Source: Ylistrum balloti
Taxonomy: Eukaryota
Reading direction: 5' to 3'
DNA length: 64,000 bases
Assembly: GCF_031769215.1 (NCBI RefSeq)
Contig: NW_026782155.1
Coordinates: 744,001-808,000, forward strand
Shown: positions 36,501-50,290 of the stretch, piece after piece
How positions within the stretch are numbered: position 1 is the first letter of the stretch
How the letters are laid out: each line of letters opens with the position of its first letter
Made by a program: the position numbers and the translations under genes
The notes under the pieces: generated by a model
Told to the model about the DNA's origin: nothing
The model's input: only the letters and a program-made list of their open reading frames with translations
The model's database searches: none

Positions 36501-39500
36501 TTGATTTATATGTCGTTGAAATACATGCATGTAGAAAAACGAGTAAATCCTTTTGACATTCAGTTTAAAATACACAAGGGATTGATGAATCGGAGACAAA
36601 TCAGAGAATTAAGGTATATCCATCATAACGGAGAATTGGGACTGGTCATTTACACTTTACTGCTAAATGTATCCACAAGTTTCACCGTTTAATATTGATA
36701 TGCACCTTTAATACTTGTGAATTTCATGAGTACATTATTCAGAAAACTCTAGTTTAAACATAATACAAAGTTGTATTGGCGATTTTGTATGATTTTAGAG
36801 TATTTTTTCTTACGAATGTTTTTTTTTGTTCACACTGATTTCAAGCTGAATGTCTCAGTAAACAACATTTGGTCTTTACACAGAGATTTTCAACAGTCAT
36901 CTGAGTACATGTTTGAAGAGAACTGATGGGTGGCAAGTTTAATCAAAGATTTGTGGAAATTTTGCAATGTAAGCCCTTGAAAATTACACTTGATGATTTT
37001 AATTTCCAAAACACCTGGTCTTATACTCCTTGTACTTTTGCAAGGTTTCCACGTAAATATTTCTTTTTTCCATAACTTGTCCTAGTTTTATTAATCTGGC
37101 TTTGGATTGTGATTCTTTTGATATTATCTGTTGTTTTTTGATAAAAAAAAATCATAAGAAATAAGTTCTTTAAATTGATGACATTGTTTCAGGAAGAAAA
37201 ATATCTTTTGATACTAAGTATCAAAATATGACTATAGCATGCCAGATAATGCAAGGATTATCATTGATAATATATATAGTGTTTCAACAAGACCCTGATG
37301 TGTCTGTCAGGTGTGACTGTTTCAAATTTCTGGCTAGGAGTAACAAAACCTAATTAAAAATATTTGAATTAAACACTGATTTTGGATGAAAGAGACTATT
37401 AAGCAGATAAATAACAGATTTCAAACTCTGACAAGTCACCTTAGCAACACTTAGTCCAATGGTTCCAGTTCCACAGCAGATGTCAAGGACAGTAGTATCT
37501 GAAGAAACATTACACCAGTCAGCTATCTGTGTGTACAGGACCTCTGCTGCAGCAGTGTTCACTGTTATAAAAAAAACACTTTCTCAGTAAAATATTACTT
37601 TATTAATAATTACTTTAAAAGTTGTAGTATAGAAGGTAGATTGTGGATACTATGATATACATAGAAGTTAGAGCCTACATGCCTTGGTATACGAGCTAGT
37701 ATCTAGATGCTGTTGTGTAGAAGGTAACAGTCAAGCAGCTTTATAAAGAAGTAGAGTCTAGAGGTCAAAGTATAAAAGCTAGAGACTAGAGGTTTTGGTA
37801 TAGAAGCTAGAGTCTTGAGGCTGTGATATGAAATCTAGCAATTAGATGCTGTTGTATAGCAGTAGAGTCTAGAAGTTGTATAGAAGCAACAGTCTAGAGG
37901 CTGTGATATAGAAACAACAGTCTATAGGTTGTGGTATAGAAGCCACAGTCTAGAAGTTGTGGTATAGAAACAACAGTCGAGAGGTTGTGGTATAGAAGCA
38001 ACAGTCGAGAGGTTGTGGTATAGAAGCAACAGCCTAGAAGTTGTGGTATAGAAGCAACAGTCTAGAGGTTGTGGTATAGAAGCCACAGTCTAGAGGTTGT
38101 TATATAGAAGCAACAGACTAGAGGTTGTGGTATAGAAGCAACAGTCTAGAGGTTGTTGTATAGAACAACAGACTAGAAGTTGTGTAAAGAAGCAACAGTC
38201 TAGAGGTTGTGGTATAGAAGCAACAGTCGAGAGGTTGTGGTATAGAAGCAACAGTCTAGAAGTTGTGGTATAGAAGCAACAGTCTAGAGGTTGTGGTATA
38301 GAAGCCACAGTCTAGAGGTTGTTATATAGAAGCAACAGACTAGAGGTTGTGGTATAGAAGCAACAGTCTAGAGGTTGTTGTATAGAACAACAGACTAGAA
38401 GTTGTTGTAAAGAAGCAACAGTCTAGAGGTTGTGGTATAGAAGCAACAGTCTAGAGGTTGCTATATAGAAGCAACAGACTAGAGGTTGTGGTATAGAAGC
38501 AACAGTCTAGAGGTTGTTGTATAGGAGCAACAGTCTAGAGGTGGTATAGAAGCAACAGTCTAGAGGTTGTGTTATAGAAGCAACAGACTAAAGGTTGTTG
38601 TATATATATATATAAGCTGCAGTCTAGAGGTTGTGGTATAGAAGCAACAGTCTAAAGGTTGTTGTATATATATAAGCTGCAGTCTAGATGTTACAGTATC
38701 TTTTTTCCATTGACCTTGAAAGAAGGCTCCAGGGGATATCCGAAACTTCATGCCAAGCATCTCCTCTTGTATAAACTACAATGATAACAATAAACATTAA
38801 TAGCATACACTTTTTATTTACTGTGCAAAACTATAAAAATATCTATGGAAGTGTACAATAATTTCACCTTCAACATTTATTAGATGAATGCAATTTTAAA
38901 AATCAAATTTTTTAACATTAATTTCAGAATTTTTTTACCTTTATAAATAAGTTAAAATATTTTCATACATGTAATTGGAACAATAGCATTCAATATGGTT
39001 ACCATTACAGCAGAAATTGTAATAATTACTGGCTAACATTCACACATGTTTAAACATGTAACATTCCCATCCAAAGCAGTAAAAGCAAAACGCTTTACCC
39101 AAGGACACAACCACGACACCACAGACCGGCCTGTTTCTCAAAGATACACACACCACCAAGGGTAGTGAGCATCAAATCATACCCCTTGGATCTTCACCCC
39201 AGATCACGTACATCAATGTTCTACATGTAACTGACTTAGCTACAATGGCCCCTTTCTGTCGGAAAATAAGCCCCTTGAGGAGGTTATCTACTGGCCCCTG
39301 GGCCGTATAATAGCAGGATAAAATATAGCTAATGCCTTTTAAGATGTAATGTACTTAGTCTATATCTTAAGTACTCATCCAGGCAAAAGACCTCAACAAG
39401 TAGATATGTACTTGACATTGCATGCTGTCATGTACAGTCTAGACATTTCAGTGAGATCACACTTTAAAGTTGCCCTGTTCGGTAATAGCCCTTTCATCTG

Positions 39501-42500
39501 TGAACACTACCCTTCCAAGATTGTACATGACTGTAACTAGAGTTTCAAACAAACCACAATGTCATTTACAGATGTGCTTTATTTATATCTTTACATTAAC
39601 ATATACATACCAACATATATATCATGTAGGTGGTCACTGTTAAACCAAGAGTCTTACCTTTTCTCCCATCAGTAGCTCATAGTCTGGTGGATTTGCTGGC
39701 CTGAGGAGATAACAATGGTAAGAACATGCTATCAAAACAAAGATATGATATAAGGTTTGCTTAAACAAAAGGCCTAAAGGGCCAGGTATATCGCTCAACT
39801 GTTATTCATAAGTATTCCTACTTTGTGAAAATCAATGCCAGTAGAGATGAAATTGATTAATTCCTACACCTAAAGAACTCCACTGAACTAGCAATTCATT
39901 TTGATCCTTAATTTGATAGTCGTTGATCCCAGCAGGCTACTGACTAAACATTAGCATTCTTAGACCACTGATAACTTACTAGTTTGTTTTAAGTTTGTTT
40001 ATTGAAAGAATCAAACAGTTCATCACCTCTGTCAGCAACAAGCCAAAGATCTTGACTTTGGGCTTTGTGGTCCATCTGGATGTCAATATTAAATACATTT
40101 GACACAGTGAACATGAAACCATTCTGAGGTCAATGTTGTAAATAAAAAAGAGACTGTGTCCTCTGGCCATTCCATCATATAGTACTGACCAAATGCCTCA
40201 ACTCTACAAATAATTTGACAAGTTTATTATATAGACTTTTCTGAAAGATTTTTATCATTTAATTCTTTGACATTGAAAGTTAGTCTAGGTCTGTTCTTAA
40301 GGTTTCAAACTTGTCAAAAATATGACCTTGGCTCCCTTGCAAGGTCAATAATGAAAAGATTCGTCTGTAAGTTCGCTTGGTTTTAACACCCCATGAACAG
40401 CCATATGGTTCTCCTTTTATTAGAAGATGGCTACCTCACTGAACTAGAGGCCAGTCACATGCTGTCCAGAGCAAATTGGGTATAGTATCTCCCCAAAGGA
40501 CACAACCACAAAAGCACAGAGCAGTCTGTTTTTTGCATCCCATGAAACACAATCTACCATGGCTATGTAGTTTTAAAGCATCCACCTTTGACTTTACTTA
40601 AGACTTTGTGGTGTCATGCTCTACAGACTGAGTTATAAGGGCCCCTAAGGTCTGTACTTATTCTTACCTAATAAGGTGTTTATAAAGGCTCCAAGACATT
40701 GATTACACTTTACATCCCTTTATAATACAGCTTGCGGTGTGCTTTTCTTTTCTTGTATTTCTTGCTTGCAGAAGAATTTAATTCAAAGATGAATTCAAGT
40801 TGATATATGGTCGAGAATATACCAGAAATTACACTTCTACAAGTCATTATAAAAACACTTACCCTTTACAATGCAATACAAATGTAATTTATCAAAGAGT
40901 TTGAGAATGATCAATATTAAGTGCAAAGGTAGTAAAATGTTTTTGATCTGCAAATATTTTTTTTATCAAAACAATCAATTTTTTTTTATCTGAATATTTT
41001 TGTATTAAAACATTCATATGGGTCTTCCTACAATGTTTTTCAACTATATCAAGTCTTTACTTTGTACAAACATACTTCTGTAATTGATGCTAGACAGTGT
41101 CCACATCTCAACTGACTTTGTCAGGTCAATTTGATATTGGTCAATTCATAACCTGCTTGAATTGTGAATAAAATTAGAATCAACTCATATTTTCATCAGA
41201 TTCTGTATTTCATTATCAATTTTTGGATCTAATGTAGTTAAAATAATGTTCACACATGATATAGATTTGTTTACGTCATATCAACAGCTAGGGTCATATA
41301 AGACATGCCAGATTTGGGTGGTGGAGAAAGCCTGTAGTTCCACGAGAAAAACCATCAACCTACAGCTAGCATATTGCAACTACCTTACATATAGGTCTCA
41401 ATACCGCAACCTAGAGGTTGGAGGATAGTGAGAAAGATGGTCATACACCTTAACCATCCAACCTTCACGGCCCCACATAACAAAGAACATCTAAATACTA
41501 TTGTGATAACTATACCATAATATACAAAGTCTTTTTCCTCAGTAACCCTTTAAAATACTGTCATACTGGATTTGAAGGCTAAAACCAGATATAAGATTGC
41601 CAACATTTAATCAGCACTTTTATATTCATAACTGGTCATTTTATTACTTTATACATCACGAGAATGAAACCAACAATTTCGCTTACAGATAATTACCTAT
41701 CCTTATAAGTGTGAAAAAAGAGACTGGTCACTCCACAGTCACATCCTTCCCCTGTCGTAAAATAGTCCCTCAGTTTGTTCTTTAAACATTCTAGTTCCTC
41801 CTAAAAGATAATGAAGAATAACAAATGAAGATATTGTTATCCACTTCTTCATTCGTGAGGATTCAGCAGCACATTTACTGCACATGGACCATCAGCTGTT
41901 TAATGAGAAAACTCCACTTGTACTTGGTGGTTGACATTACTATATAAGATACATACAGCATACCGGTATTGGTCGCTTGTAATATGATTTACACCAGGAT
42001 ACATGGAAAATGTTCATATCGTAAATGTTCAATTAGATTTAGAGTCATCACTGTTTTCATGAAATTGAATAAATGTACAACTGTTTTAAACATCAAATTT
42101 AATCCAAGTAATTTTGAATGCTAAAACAGGATTACAGATACATGTACTGGCTGCAATCTTATAAAGTAGAAATACACAGAAAAACTAGAAAATGTCTTAA
42201 AGATATGTATCAGTGTTTGCAAAAAATGTCCCATGTGACCTTTGACCTTTTAACCTTTAATGATACTACATGTATATGAGGTATATAAGAACAAACATTT
42301 TTTAAGTGAAAAGACAGTGATTCAGAATGGGATACAAAGGGTTATGACAGGATGCAACTGACAGGCTCGAGTAACTCTATATGTTCCTTCATACTATGAC
42401 AGGGTGTGTAAAACCTGGAGATATTAACCAATGTCTGTAAGACAAACATGATTTTTTACATGACATACATAAATTTTAAGTATCAATGTTTGACGAATTT

Positions 42501-45500
42501 CTATGAATGGTAATTTTGACCTTAGCTGGTCTTCTGAACCCTGAAACATAAATTCAACTGATATATTGTCATATCTGACCTTTTCATCAGTCTAGAGTGA
42601 TTAAGGAGAAGACACTGCACAAAAGACATGGATAACACTATATGGTCTCCTTCCCTCAATCAATCATGTTCACTAGCAGCACTCAACACGAAAAGTTTCA
42701 ATCAATTTTATTTAAAAAATCAATGAAAGTTTTGCGAAAAACAGTAAGCCAACAGTTGAATATTAACGTTCTACAACATCACTCCTAAAACTTTAATGAT
42801 AATGTATGCAGAATAAAACGAATGTTGAAAGTATATTCATCAAAACACAAAAAAGGTCCAGAACATAGTAAAAATTCAAAGAAAAAATCCTCATAAACAG
42901 AAAAATTGTAAAAGAAATAATTCATAAAAGTAAAGAAATTACTGCTATTTCTTTTGCATGATATCCTACAAAGTCCTTTTTAAAATTGAAAATGAGGATT
43001 CTTTCCAAAGCCAAGTACAGAAAGTTTCTAACCTTAGGAAGATTCTGGGAGTCAAAGTCTATGATTGCCATGAAGTCAGCACTGCCTTGACAAGTCCGAG
43101 TGGTCAGTATCCGCCAGTGGCCTTCATGACTTTGGGGGTCATAGGCACCGTAATCACTGGCACGGATAAACTTCTGAAAGCTCTGCCAAAACATTTAAAA
43201 ATAACAAGATTATACACAGAATATTTTCTTGTTGAAATTCCATTTCTGTTTATGATTGCATAACACAAATCTCTCACAGTGCATTGTAGTTAATATTTTA
43301 CTTGGTGCTACATGTATAAATTGCAAATATTTGAAACTTCAGCTTAAACATACAGCTACACAATTTGTAATGTACCACTCATCAATATATTGATAAATGT
43401 ATCTTGTAATTAAAGCTATGAATGTAAAGAAATATTGACAAAAATCCCTCGATACATGCAAGTTTTTTGAATTACACACATATACCAGCATAGGGATAAT
43501 CTGTTCTTCAGGATATCTTCTCACTTTGTTTCAGCCGTAATTAGATTAACCTGACATAAATTTCGTACTTGAAGCATAATCATGTGTATAATGTTCCGTT
43601 TTACTCTTCATTAACACTGTTACCTTAACAAATTTCTTCATTGAATCTGGCATAATAATCTGGTCATCCGGTTCCCCAACACTTTTGTTGCCCTGCTTAT
43701 ATAGTCCATACCGAAATCCCACGGTATTATCTGAAACACAATTAATATAATTATTGATTTTAACTGTATTGGCGATACTTATTTGTGATATTCGGAAATC
43801 AACACTAGTTTGAATGGAAAAGAATGCATGCATTTGTACAGTCACAGTATATCTGTAATTTAGTTGTACTGAATTTGAATAAGATTTTTGTCATGGATGA
43901 CAGGTTTTTAACATTTATATTAGGATAAGGTAACGTGCCCTTATATTCCTCTTACTTCTTATATGGCTAGTAAGTATATTCAATCCAAAATACCATTAAA
44001 AAGTTATGTTTCTTTATCCTTTCAATATATAATAATACATTTATTATTGATATTTATTCTTGAGCAATATTTCTACACAGGTACCTCTGTATCAACCTTG
44101 TTAGAGTATATCAGATACAGACCTAAGCCATTGATGTCCTTCCCAATGGTAAATTCACACTTGTTTCTGTAGGCTTCTAACTTAGGCTGAGGAGTAGACA
44201 CATATAATTGGAATCAGATCATTAGTACTAAAACACCTTATAACTGTCAATATGTCACATCTGCCGGACATTGCTGCTGACATTTAGGATGACTTACTAT
44301 AGTTTTTATTTTCGAGGGGCTCAATTTTTTGTACAATATTTTCCAAGATGGTATGACATCATGGTAAAATAGACACTTCAAAAAGATCAATAAACATATC
44401 CAAAGTCCATTTCATGATTTTCCTGAAAAGCAGCAAAAATAATAATACTGCTAATAAACAAAAATTACAGGACTACTCTTCTGTTACAATTGACAAAGAA
44501 TTGTATGATAGCTAGAAAAACTTTTAAAAAATCTTAATTTTAAACAGGACTCAATCTATAAATTGAATGTTATTTGAAAATCTACTTTTCTTTCAAATTT
44601 TCCCCTAGTTTTAGTTAATTGGGGTTTAAATTCAGATTATGCAGACATGTCAATACTTTTTTTCTTGTTTCTGAAGATGGGACACTTATTAAGTAATCAA
44701 AATAAAATCTATGGGTTTCCAAAGGGGCATAACTTTTCAAAAATGGCAGGTAGCTAAATTTCATATAGATTGCACACAACTATGATGAACATGATTGTAG
44801 CCAGTGAGTTATTGTTGAAATCAATTCAGTAGTTTAGGAGAAGCATTTTGTACATCATTGCGTCTGCAGATGGATGACCAGACAGACGGACTGACAACCT
44901 GATTTTAGATTCCCCCCAACTCCCAACTTTGTTGTGGTAGTGTATGAAAACATGATTCATATAGTATACTACTTACAGAAGCCTTTATGGGTAGCATCTC
45001 ACAGCATTTACCATCATACTTTGACCTGGAAAAAATAGAAAAATCTTAAGAATGATTGTGTTTTTCCTTCACGATAAAATGGACAGTAAATTATTCTAAT
45101 GTTACCAATTATTTCAGATATCTTGATGATAAATTAATATTAATACCTCTGGGTTTTCAGCCACTCTCGGAATTCCGGATTTTCTCTGTAGATACGATTA
45201 GCCAGTGTTTTCAATATTTGTACCATATCTTCCATTTTCGTCTGAAATATTCGACAGCAACACAAAGTTAATATAAAATCAGTAAAAGTGACATTTTCAT
45301 GGGATTGAATATGTAATAGAAGTCAAAGGTGAAAACATTTATGACACAAGTCTTTCTTTGCCGTGTCACATTGTAATTATAAAGTATATTGACACTTCAC
45401 AATAGGATCCTGATCTGGTGACACATGGTGATACCAAGATATTTCTACATGATAAATATACACTGTACCTTCAACTGTTCCTCATAAGGGACGTTCCACA

Positions 45501-48500
45501 ATGGTGATACTGCATTTTTCAATCTACAATTCAACAAATACAGAAGAAAACTGATTAAATAGTTTATATATAGAATGTCTGTCAAAACATGTAGGCTGTG
45601 AAACCCGGTTGAAACAGTTCAGGTGATCTGGAATTATTCCACTATACCAGAACGCACTTGTACCAGATGTTGGACCTGATATAAGTAAAGTTAAAAATAC
45701 ACAGTTTTGGAATATCCTGTCAAAAGTACCATATATTTCACTCATACTATAGTTTCGGACAGGTACGGCTGAACCCCTCAAACTGCATATGCCAAATATT
45801 CTGCAGTCCAGCCTTGGTCCTGAACTGTACCTGATTTTTCTTGCAGGTTCAAGTAGTCTAACCGTTTCAACTGCTTGTGTGAAAGCGCCCACTGACAACA
45901 AGCAATCAATACAGACTCGTTGAAGACAAAAAGGGACAATTTACTAAATTCTTCCCACAAAAATTAATTATTCTCTGTATTTATCTGAAACATGAAGATA
46001 CAGTGAGTGCCGCTCGTCAGCTATTTTCTTATTCTGATAGCGAGTCTATACAGGGAGTCTCTCTCGTCTGATTCAGTGCGTCTCTACCATCTGATACAGC
46101 GAGTCTATACAGGGAGTCTCTCTCGTCTGATTCAGTGAGTCTCTACCATCTTACTCAGTGAGTCTCTACCATCTTACTCAGTGAGTCTCTACCATCTGAT
46201 ACAGCGAGTCTATACAGGGAGTCTCTCTCGTCTGATTCAGCGAGTCTCTACCATCTTATTCAGCGAGTCTATACAGGGAGTCTCTCTCGTCTGATTCAGG
46301 GAGTCTCTACCATCTGATACAGCGAGTCTACACAGGGAGTCTCTCTCGTCTGATTCAGGGAGTCTCTACCATCTGATACAGCGAGTCTATACAGGGAGTC
46401 TCTACCATCTTATTCAGTGAGTCTCTACCATCTGTTTCAGCGAGTCTCTATCATCTCATACATAGCGGTAGAGCAAGTCTCTTCTCCCTGATACAGTGAG
46501 TTTCTCTCAACTGAAACTGATTCCGTTCACCTGATGCAGTGAGTCTCTTGTCAGATACATCAATTCTTAATCCGAGTCTCTCTTGCAGCTTACAGCAAGT
46601 CTCTCTCATCTGATACAGTGAGTCTATACAATGCGTCTCTCGTCGGACACATCAATTCTTAATCCGATACAGTGAGTCTCTCTTGCAACTTACAGCAATT
46701 CTCTCTCATCTGATACAGTGAATCTATACAGTGAGTCTCTCTAATCTCACATCATGCAATAAGTTTTTATCATCTTACCAGAAACAATGAGTCACTCCCT
46801 TCCATTGGACACAATGAGTCTCTTCCTCCCACATTGAGGCACTCTCCCCTCATCTCATACAATCAGCCCCTCTCACTCAATATGATGAGTGTGTTTCAAC
46901 TGTTACTATGATGTTTTCAACCTGACACAGTGATATTTTCTAACATTTGACAGTAGTCTAGCTGCACCAGCTGATGTAGTAAGTTCCCCTGATATGATAT
47001 AGTTAAACTTCTTACCTGATTTCTGGAGGTAGGTCATCCTCCATTTTATCTTTTTTGTTGGGAGGTTCATCTGAAAAAACAAAAGAAGAGGTCCATGGGT
47101 TACCACTGAACTGTCAGTCATCAGATATCTATTCTTACTTCCATGAATTTCACTATTTCTTGATCAAAAAGATTTTCAACCTTGAACTAATTTGCCCATC
47201 TTCTGCATCAACGTTGCCACAAGGATGCTTGCAACTAAATATTGATGAAATATACCATTTTGCAGAGGATGTGCAAAATATTACTTTCCTGTTTATAACC
47301 TATGATAATTTTTTCTATTTCCTGCTAAAGAGTGCCAGGAAAGAGATCAGGTCTGAATCTAACAATTTCGGTTAGCTCCATAAGTGTTTCAGGGCTTTAG
47401 AAGTTGGGAACAATTTCAGTTCTACCATTTCTGGTGTTTGGTTCATGCTTCACAATATCATGCTACATCTGAAGTATGATACCAGGATATATAATTGATA
47501 CCAATCTGGTTAAAATCTGTCAGCTGCTTTTGCCTAAGATGTCAGATATAATTATTTCCCATCTGAACTATTTTAAACGAATCTTCCTCTCATGGGGACA
47601 TGGAGGAACATAGTATGAATCAAGTTTAGTTACACTATATCGGAAATACACATATTAAATAAACATTAATTAATCAGTTGATTAATTCAAGTGTTAGAAG
47701 GAAAAAAGAGCACCTATTCCTACCTATCTTCTGTTCTAATTCTCGTTTTCTCTTCTGTACAATGGGATCCATTGTAGCAGATGCTTTCTTTACTTTGAGT
47801 TTCCGGTCCTTCCAGACATGGCCAGTAATCTTTCTAGTAGCATCCTCTCTCTCTTCCTCACTTCTATAAAGTTTATATAGAGACAGGAAAACAGAATTAA
47901 AACAAAACATATACTAAAATAGATCAATCTTTCTTTTGTCAATCTGAAGAATCAATAATGTATTAATTATATGTCACAGATCAAGAAACTGGTCTTTGAA
48001 AGTAAAAATCCATAGCATTTCATACTTCGAAGAAATTAAATTCATGTACAAACATATTAGTACATCAACCTTTAGATTTGCATGTAAACAAATCTGTCTG
48101 GAAGGCATTAATTTTGTTCCATAATTAATTGATTATTGGTATATACATTACTTAAGTTTAATTAATTATCAACCAATAAAATCATAAATGATCCCTCCAT
48201 TAAATAATTGCCATGTCTCTGATCTTACGAGGCAATAAAATGACACTATTGTGTGAACTTTATGTACTCATTCTTCTTGTAATGTAACTACATGTATATA
48301 ACCCATCCTCTATATGAATATTAAAAACACATCAATAAATGTGTATATTAGCAGAATGTTAGTGTTCTGTGTCAAAACGGTTTTTGAAAACTATTACTTG
48401 TACATACCGAAATGTTGCAAAAGCAAAACCTTTCCTTTCTAACGCCTTGATTTTTACTGGTTTCACATCTAAAGTTGCCAACCGCTTCTTTAATTGCTGC

Positions 48501-49428
48501 AAAAGTTATCAAAAAAATTTTGATACAGAAAATACCTGGCAACTAGAAATTATAAAGTGTAAATCATGATTTTAAGCTCTGCTGTTTGTAATAAAGGAAA
48601 TCATGATCTCAAATATCATTGAGTCACTGCAAAACCTGCCTGGCATGCCTGAAAATGTCCAGAAAATCTTATTTAGCCATACCAAATCCATAGTCTGTAG
48701 TAATATGTGTATCATTTGCTTCGATTACTACTTTGAAAAATTTCCTTTTGAATAGCACTTGAACAATTAAATTCCTATAAATTCAATCATTGTTCAATAT
48801 AGTCTTTTTATACTTGCAAATCTGTGATAAGTTTTATTGAAATTTGTTAAAATAAGGATTTATATTTCTGAATTGATGACATGGATTAAGGATTGAAGAC
48901 CATAAAATGTCTACTAGAAAGGCTTTGATTTATACAAATATGGGCATTAGAGGATATCATCATTTGGCATTTAGTATCTTATTTGCTAGGAAGTCACTGG
49001 CATTTCTTTCAAAACATATTCTGACAAGAATGATATCTTAAAAGCAATTTGATTGATCATACAGTACTTACTTTAAATCCAAACCTGGGTAAGTTAAGAA
49101 TTTCTATTTTGAATATTTCAGATGTGAATAAGTCAGTCCTAGATGATGCTGATGGATCCTGGTCTTTGGATTCTTCTTCGTCTTTCTCATCTTCATCTTG
49201 AACATCTTCATTCATTTCAGCATCATCATCCTCATTTACTTTGATACTTCCAGCTTCATCCTTTTCGACAATGGTGCTGCTAGCCTCTGAATGCTCGCTG
49301 ACACTTTTATCTCCAATCTTGTTGCGATTGTCATTAGAGGAACTGCCTAATCCATTGTCTATAAGACTTCCTGGTGTGTCAGGTGTGATGTTACAGTGAG
49401 TTTCTGGGGCTGCCTGATCATCTTCCAT
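33589..49428 (-). CDS. TRMT2A: tRNA (uracil-5-)-methyltransferase homolog A, 647 aa, 18 coding exons
   Basis: Exons (minus): 49428-49072, 48496-48408, 47863-47724, 47070-47016, 45523-45469, 45241-45147, 45025-44977, 44186-44123, 43730-43624, 43182-43033, 41800-41697, 39700-39658, 38775-38715, 37561-37440, 36128-36053, 35608-35492, 35183-35087, 33751-33589. Total 1944 nt, open frame. Motifs: RRM start FTSEIFKIEILNLP; VSPLWNVPYEEQL; YRNKCEFTIG; FRISPGAFFQVN; DICCGTGTIG; DPPRPG; catalytic SCNP; DMFPQTPHCE. Confidence 0.97.
35970..36064. repeat. 28-bp direct repeat duplicating the TRMT2A exon 15 splice donor
   Basis: TGATAACAAAACTCACCATTTATTTTGG at 35970-35997 and 36037-36064. Confidence 0.9.
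37700..38695. repeat. 28-bp minisatellite, about 30 good units plus degenerate flank (TRMT2A intron 13)
   Basis: Unit tagaggttgtggtatagaagcaacagtc. Period of 28 checked at 37981/38009. Confidence 0.95.
39045..39252 (-). mobile_element. Decayed tRNA-derived SINE (CORE/Meta-type central domain)
   Basis: cccaaggacacaaccac (39098-39114) and a reversed A-box-like actgacttagcta. Similar to 40381-40645. Confidence 0.5.
40381..40645 (-). mobile_element. Decayed tRNA-derived SINE (same family as 39045-39252)
   Basis: Minus strand begins gggcccttataactcagtctgtagagc (tRNA 5' end and A box). Central ccaaaggacacaaccac. Confidence 0.55.
41280..41476 (-). mobile_element. Decayed mollusc-type tRNA-derived SINE
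   Basis: ggtggagaaagcc...gagaaaaccatcaaccta...ccttaaccatccaaccttcacggcccc resembles the reverse strand of common mollusc SINEs (recognised from recall only). Confidence 0.45.
44700..44950 (+). mobile_element. Bivalve-type non-autonomous Helitron/Helentron-like element, 3' part
   Basis: aaaggggcataact, a GAC(A/G) microsatellite (gacagacggactgacaacctg) and a terminal cccc..aactttgttgtgg..gtat palindrome. Related fragments at about 31070-31145 (minus), 34560-34830, 39765-40200, 42230-42415 and 59640-59825. Confidence 0.5.
46030..46790. repeat. Modular GAGTC minisatellite (13+23+23 = 59-bp higher-order unit) in TRMT2A intron 4
   Basis: Monomers gagtctatacagg, gagtctctctcgtctgattcagt and gagtctctaccatctgatacagc. 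Period of 59 at 46042/46101 and 46265/46324/46383. Degenerate after about 46460. Confidence 0.9.
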
Positions 49429-50175
49429 TCTGAATAACAGTACTGATCTATAAAATACAAGCAATGTAATCATAATTTTATAATTTACATGTATTAACCA
49501 TGTTAACATATATATCAGGAAGAACACGAAAGATTCTGATCTCCCAATTCTTCTCTTTAACAGCATTGTGTGTTTGTACGATGAACGATGCTAAAACGAG
49601 CCATTATGAAATGAATCTCGAGACTTCCTAAATCTCTGGGAGATTTTCCCATTTACATGTACCACTAGTGCTTGCATCTGCTATTTAAAACAGTCAGGTA
49701 AAATCACCACTGAATACAGTTGTATAGTAAATTATTGATTATGGATTTTACTTGCAGTGTTATACAACGGGTGTTTAAAATTCTGACTGTAAAGTGAGCA
49801 ATATTTATACATTGATCATATAAGAATTACTGCGACACCCTTTTTTTTGCATGGTGTATGTATTTCTTAGCTTACAATCAGAATTTCAGATACCTGTGGT
49901 ATGATAATTCGAGTAAAATTGAAAATCTATTACAATGAAATATACTTTGTATAGTCAGGGACGTAGTTACCAGTTATCTACTTCCTTGGTAGAGTACACG
50001 ACACTATTCAAGTGCCTGTGTATGTACATTATTGTATGTAAAACAATCATCATTTCGCATTCATGCTCATCATAAACAGAATTTGGCATTTTACGACTTT
50101 CATAACTTAAGTATTTTCGAGTACTACCCGGGGATTTGAACTTATAATATTGTTTTAAGGCATTGTCAATCTTAC

Positions 50176-50290
50176 CTAATTCTAACATCTGCATTAACGT
50201 TAAATGAACAGAAAATGAAAGCACACGCTGCTTCCGGTGTCTGAGCAAAACTAAAATACGGACCTGGTTAAAACATATTTTCCGGAAAAA
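50176..50290 (-). promoter_or_regulatory. Probable TRMT2A 5'UTR exon and ETS-type core promoter
   Basis: Donor attag|gtaaga at 50176/50175. CCGGAAG (50231-50237) and TTTCCGGAAA (about 50279-50288). The TRMT2A ATG sits 1 nt after an acceptor, so an upstream non-coding exon is required. Confidence 0.4.

Noticed and set aside
38090-38308. Repetitive Cys/Tyr ORF (QPLDCCFYTT)
   Set aside because: Translation of the 28-bp minisatellite. The period is not a multiple of 3.
40618-40645. tRNA-like A box
   Set aside because: No B box or cloverleaf; it is the head of a SINE. I found no complete tRNA, rRNA or convincing snoRNA in the window.
45524-45960. Overlapping 125-aa and 60-aa ORFs in TRMT2A intron 4
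   Set aside because: No recognisable domain. The TRMT2A chain is complete without them, and the nearest strong acceptor gives an immediate stop in the required phase. A decayed repeat is possible.
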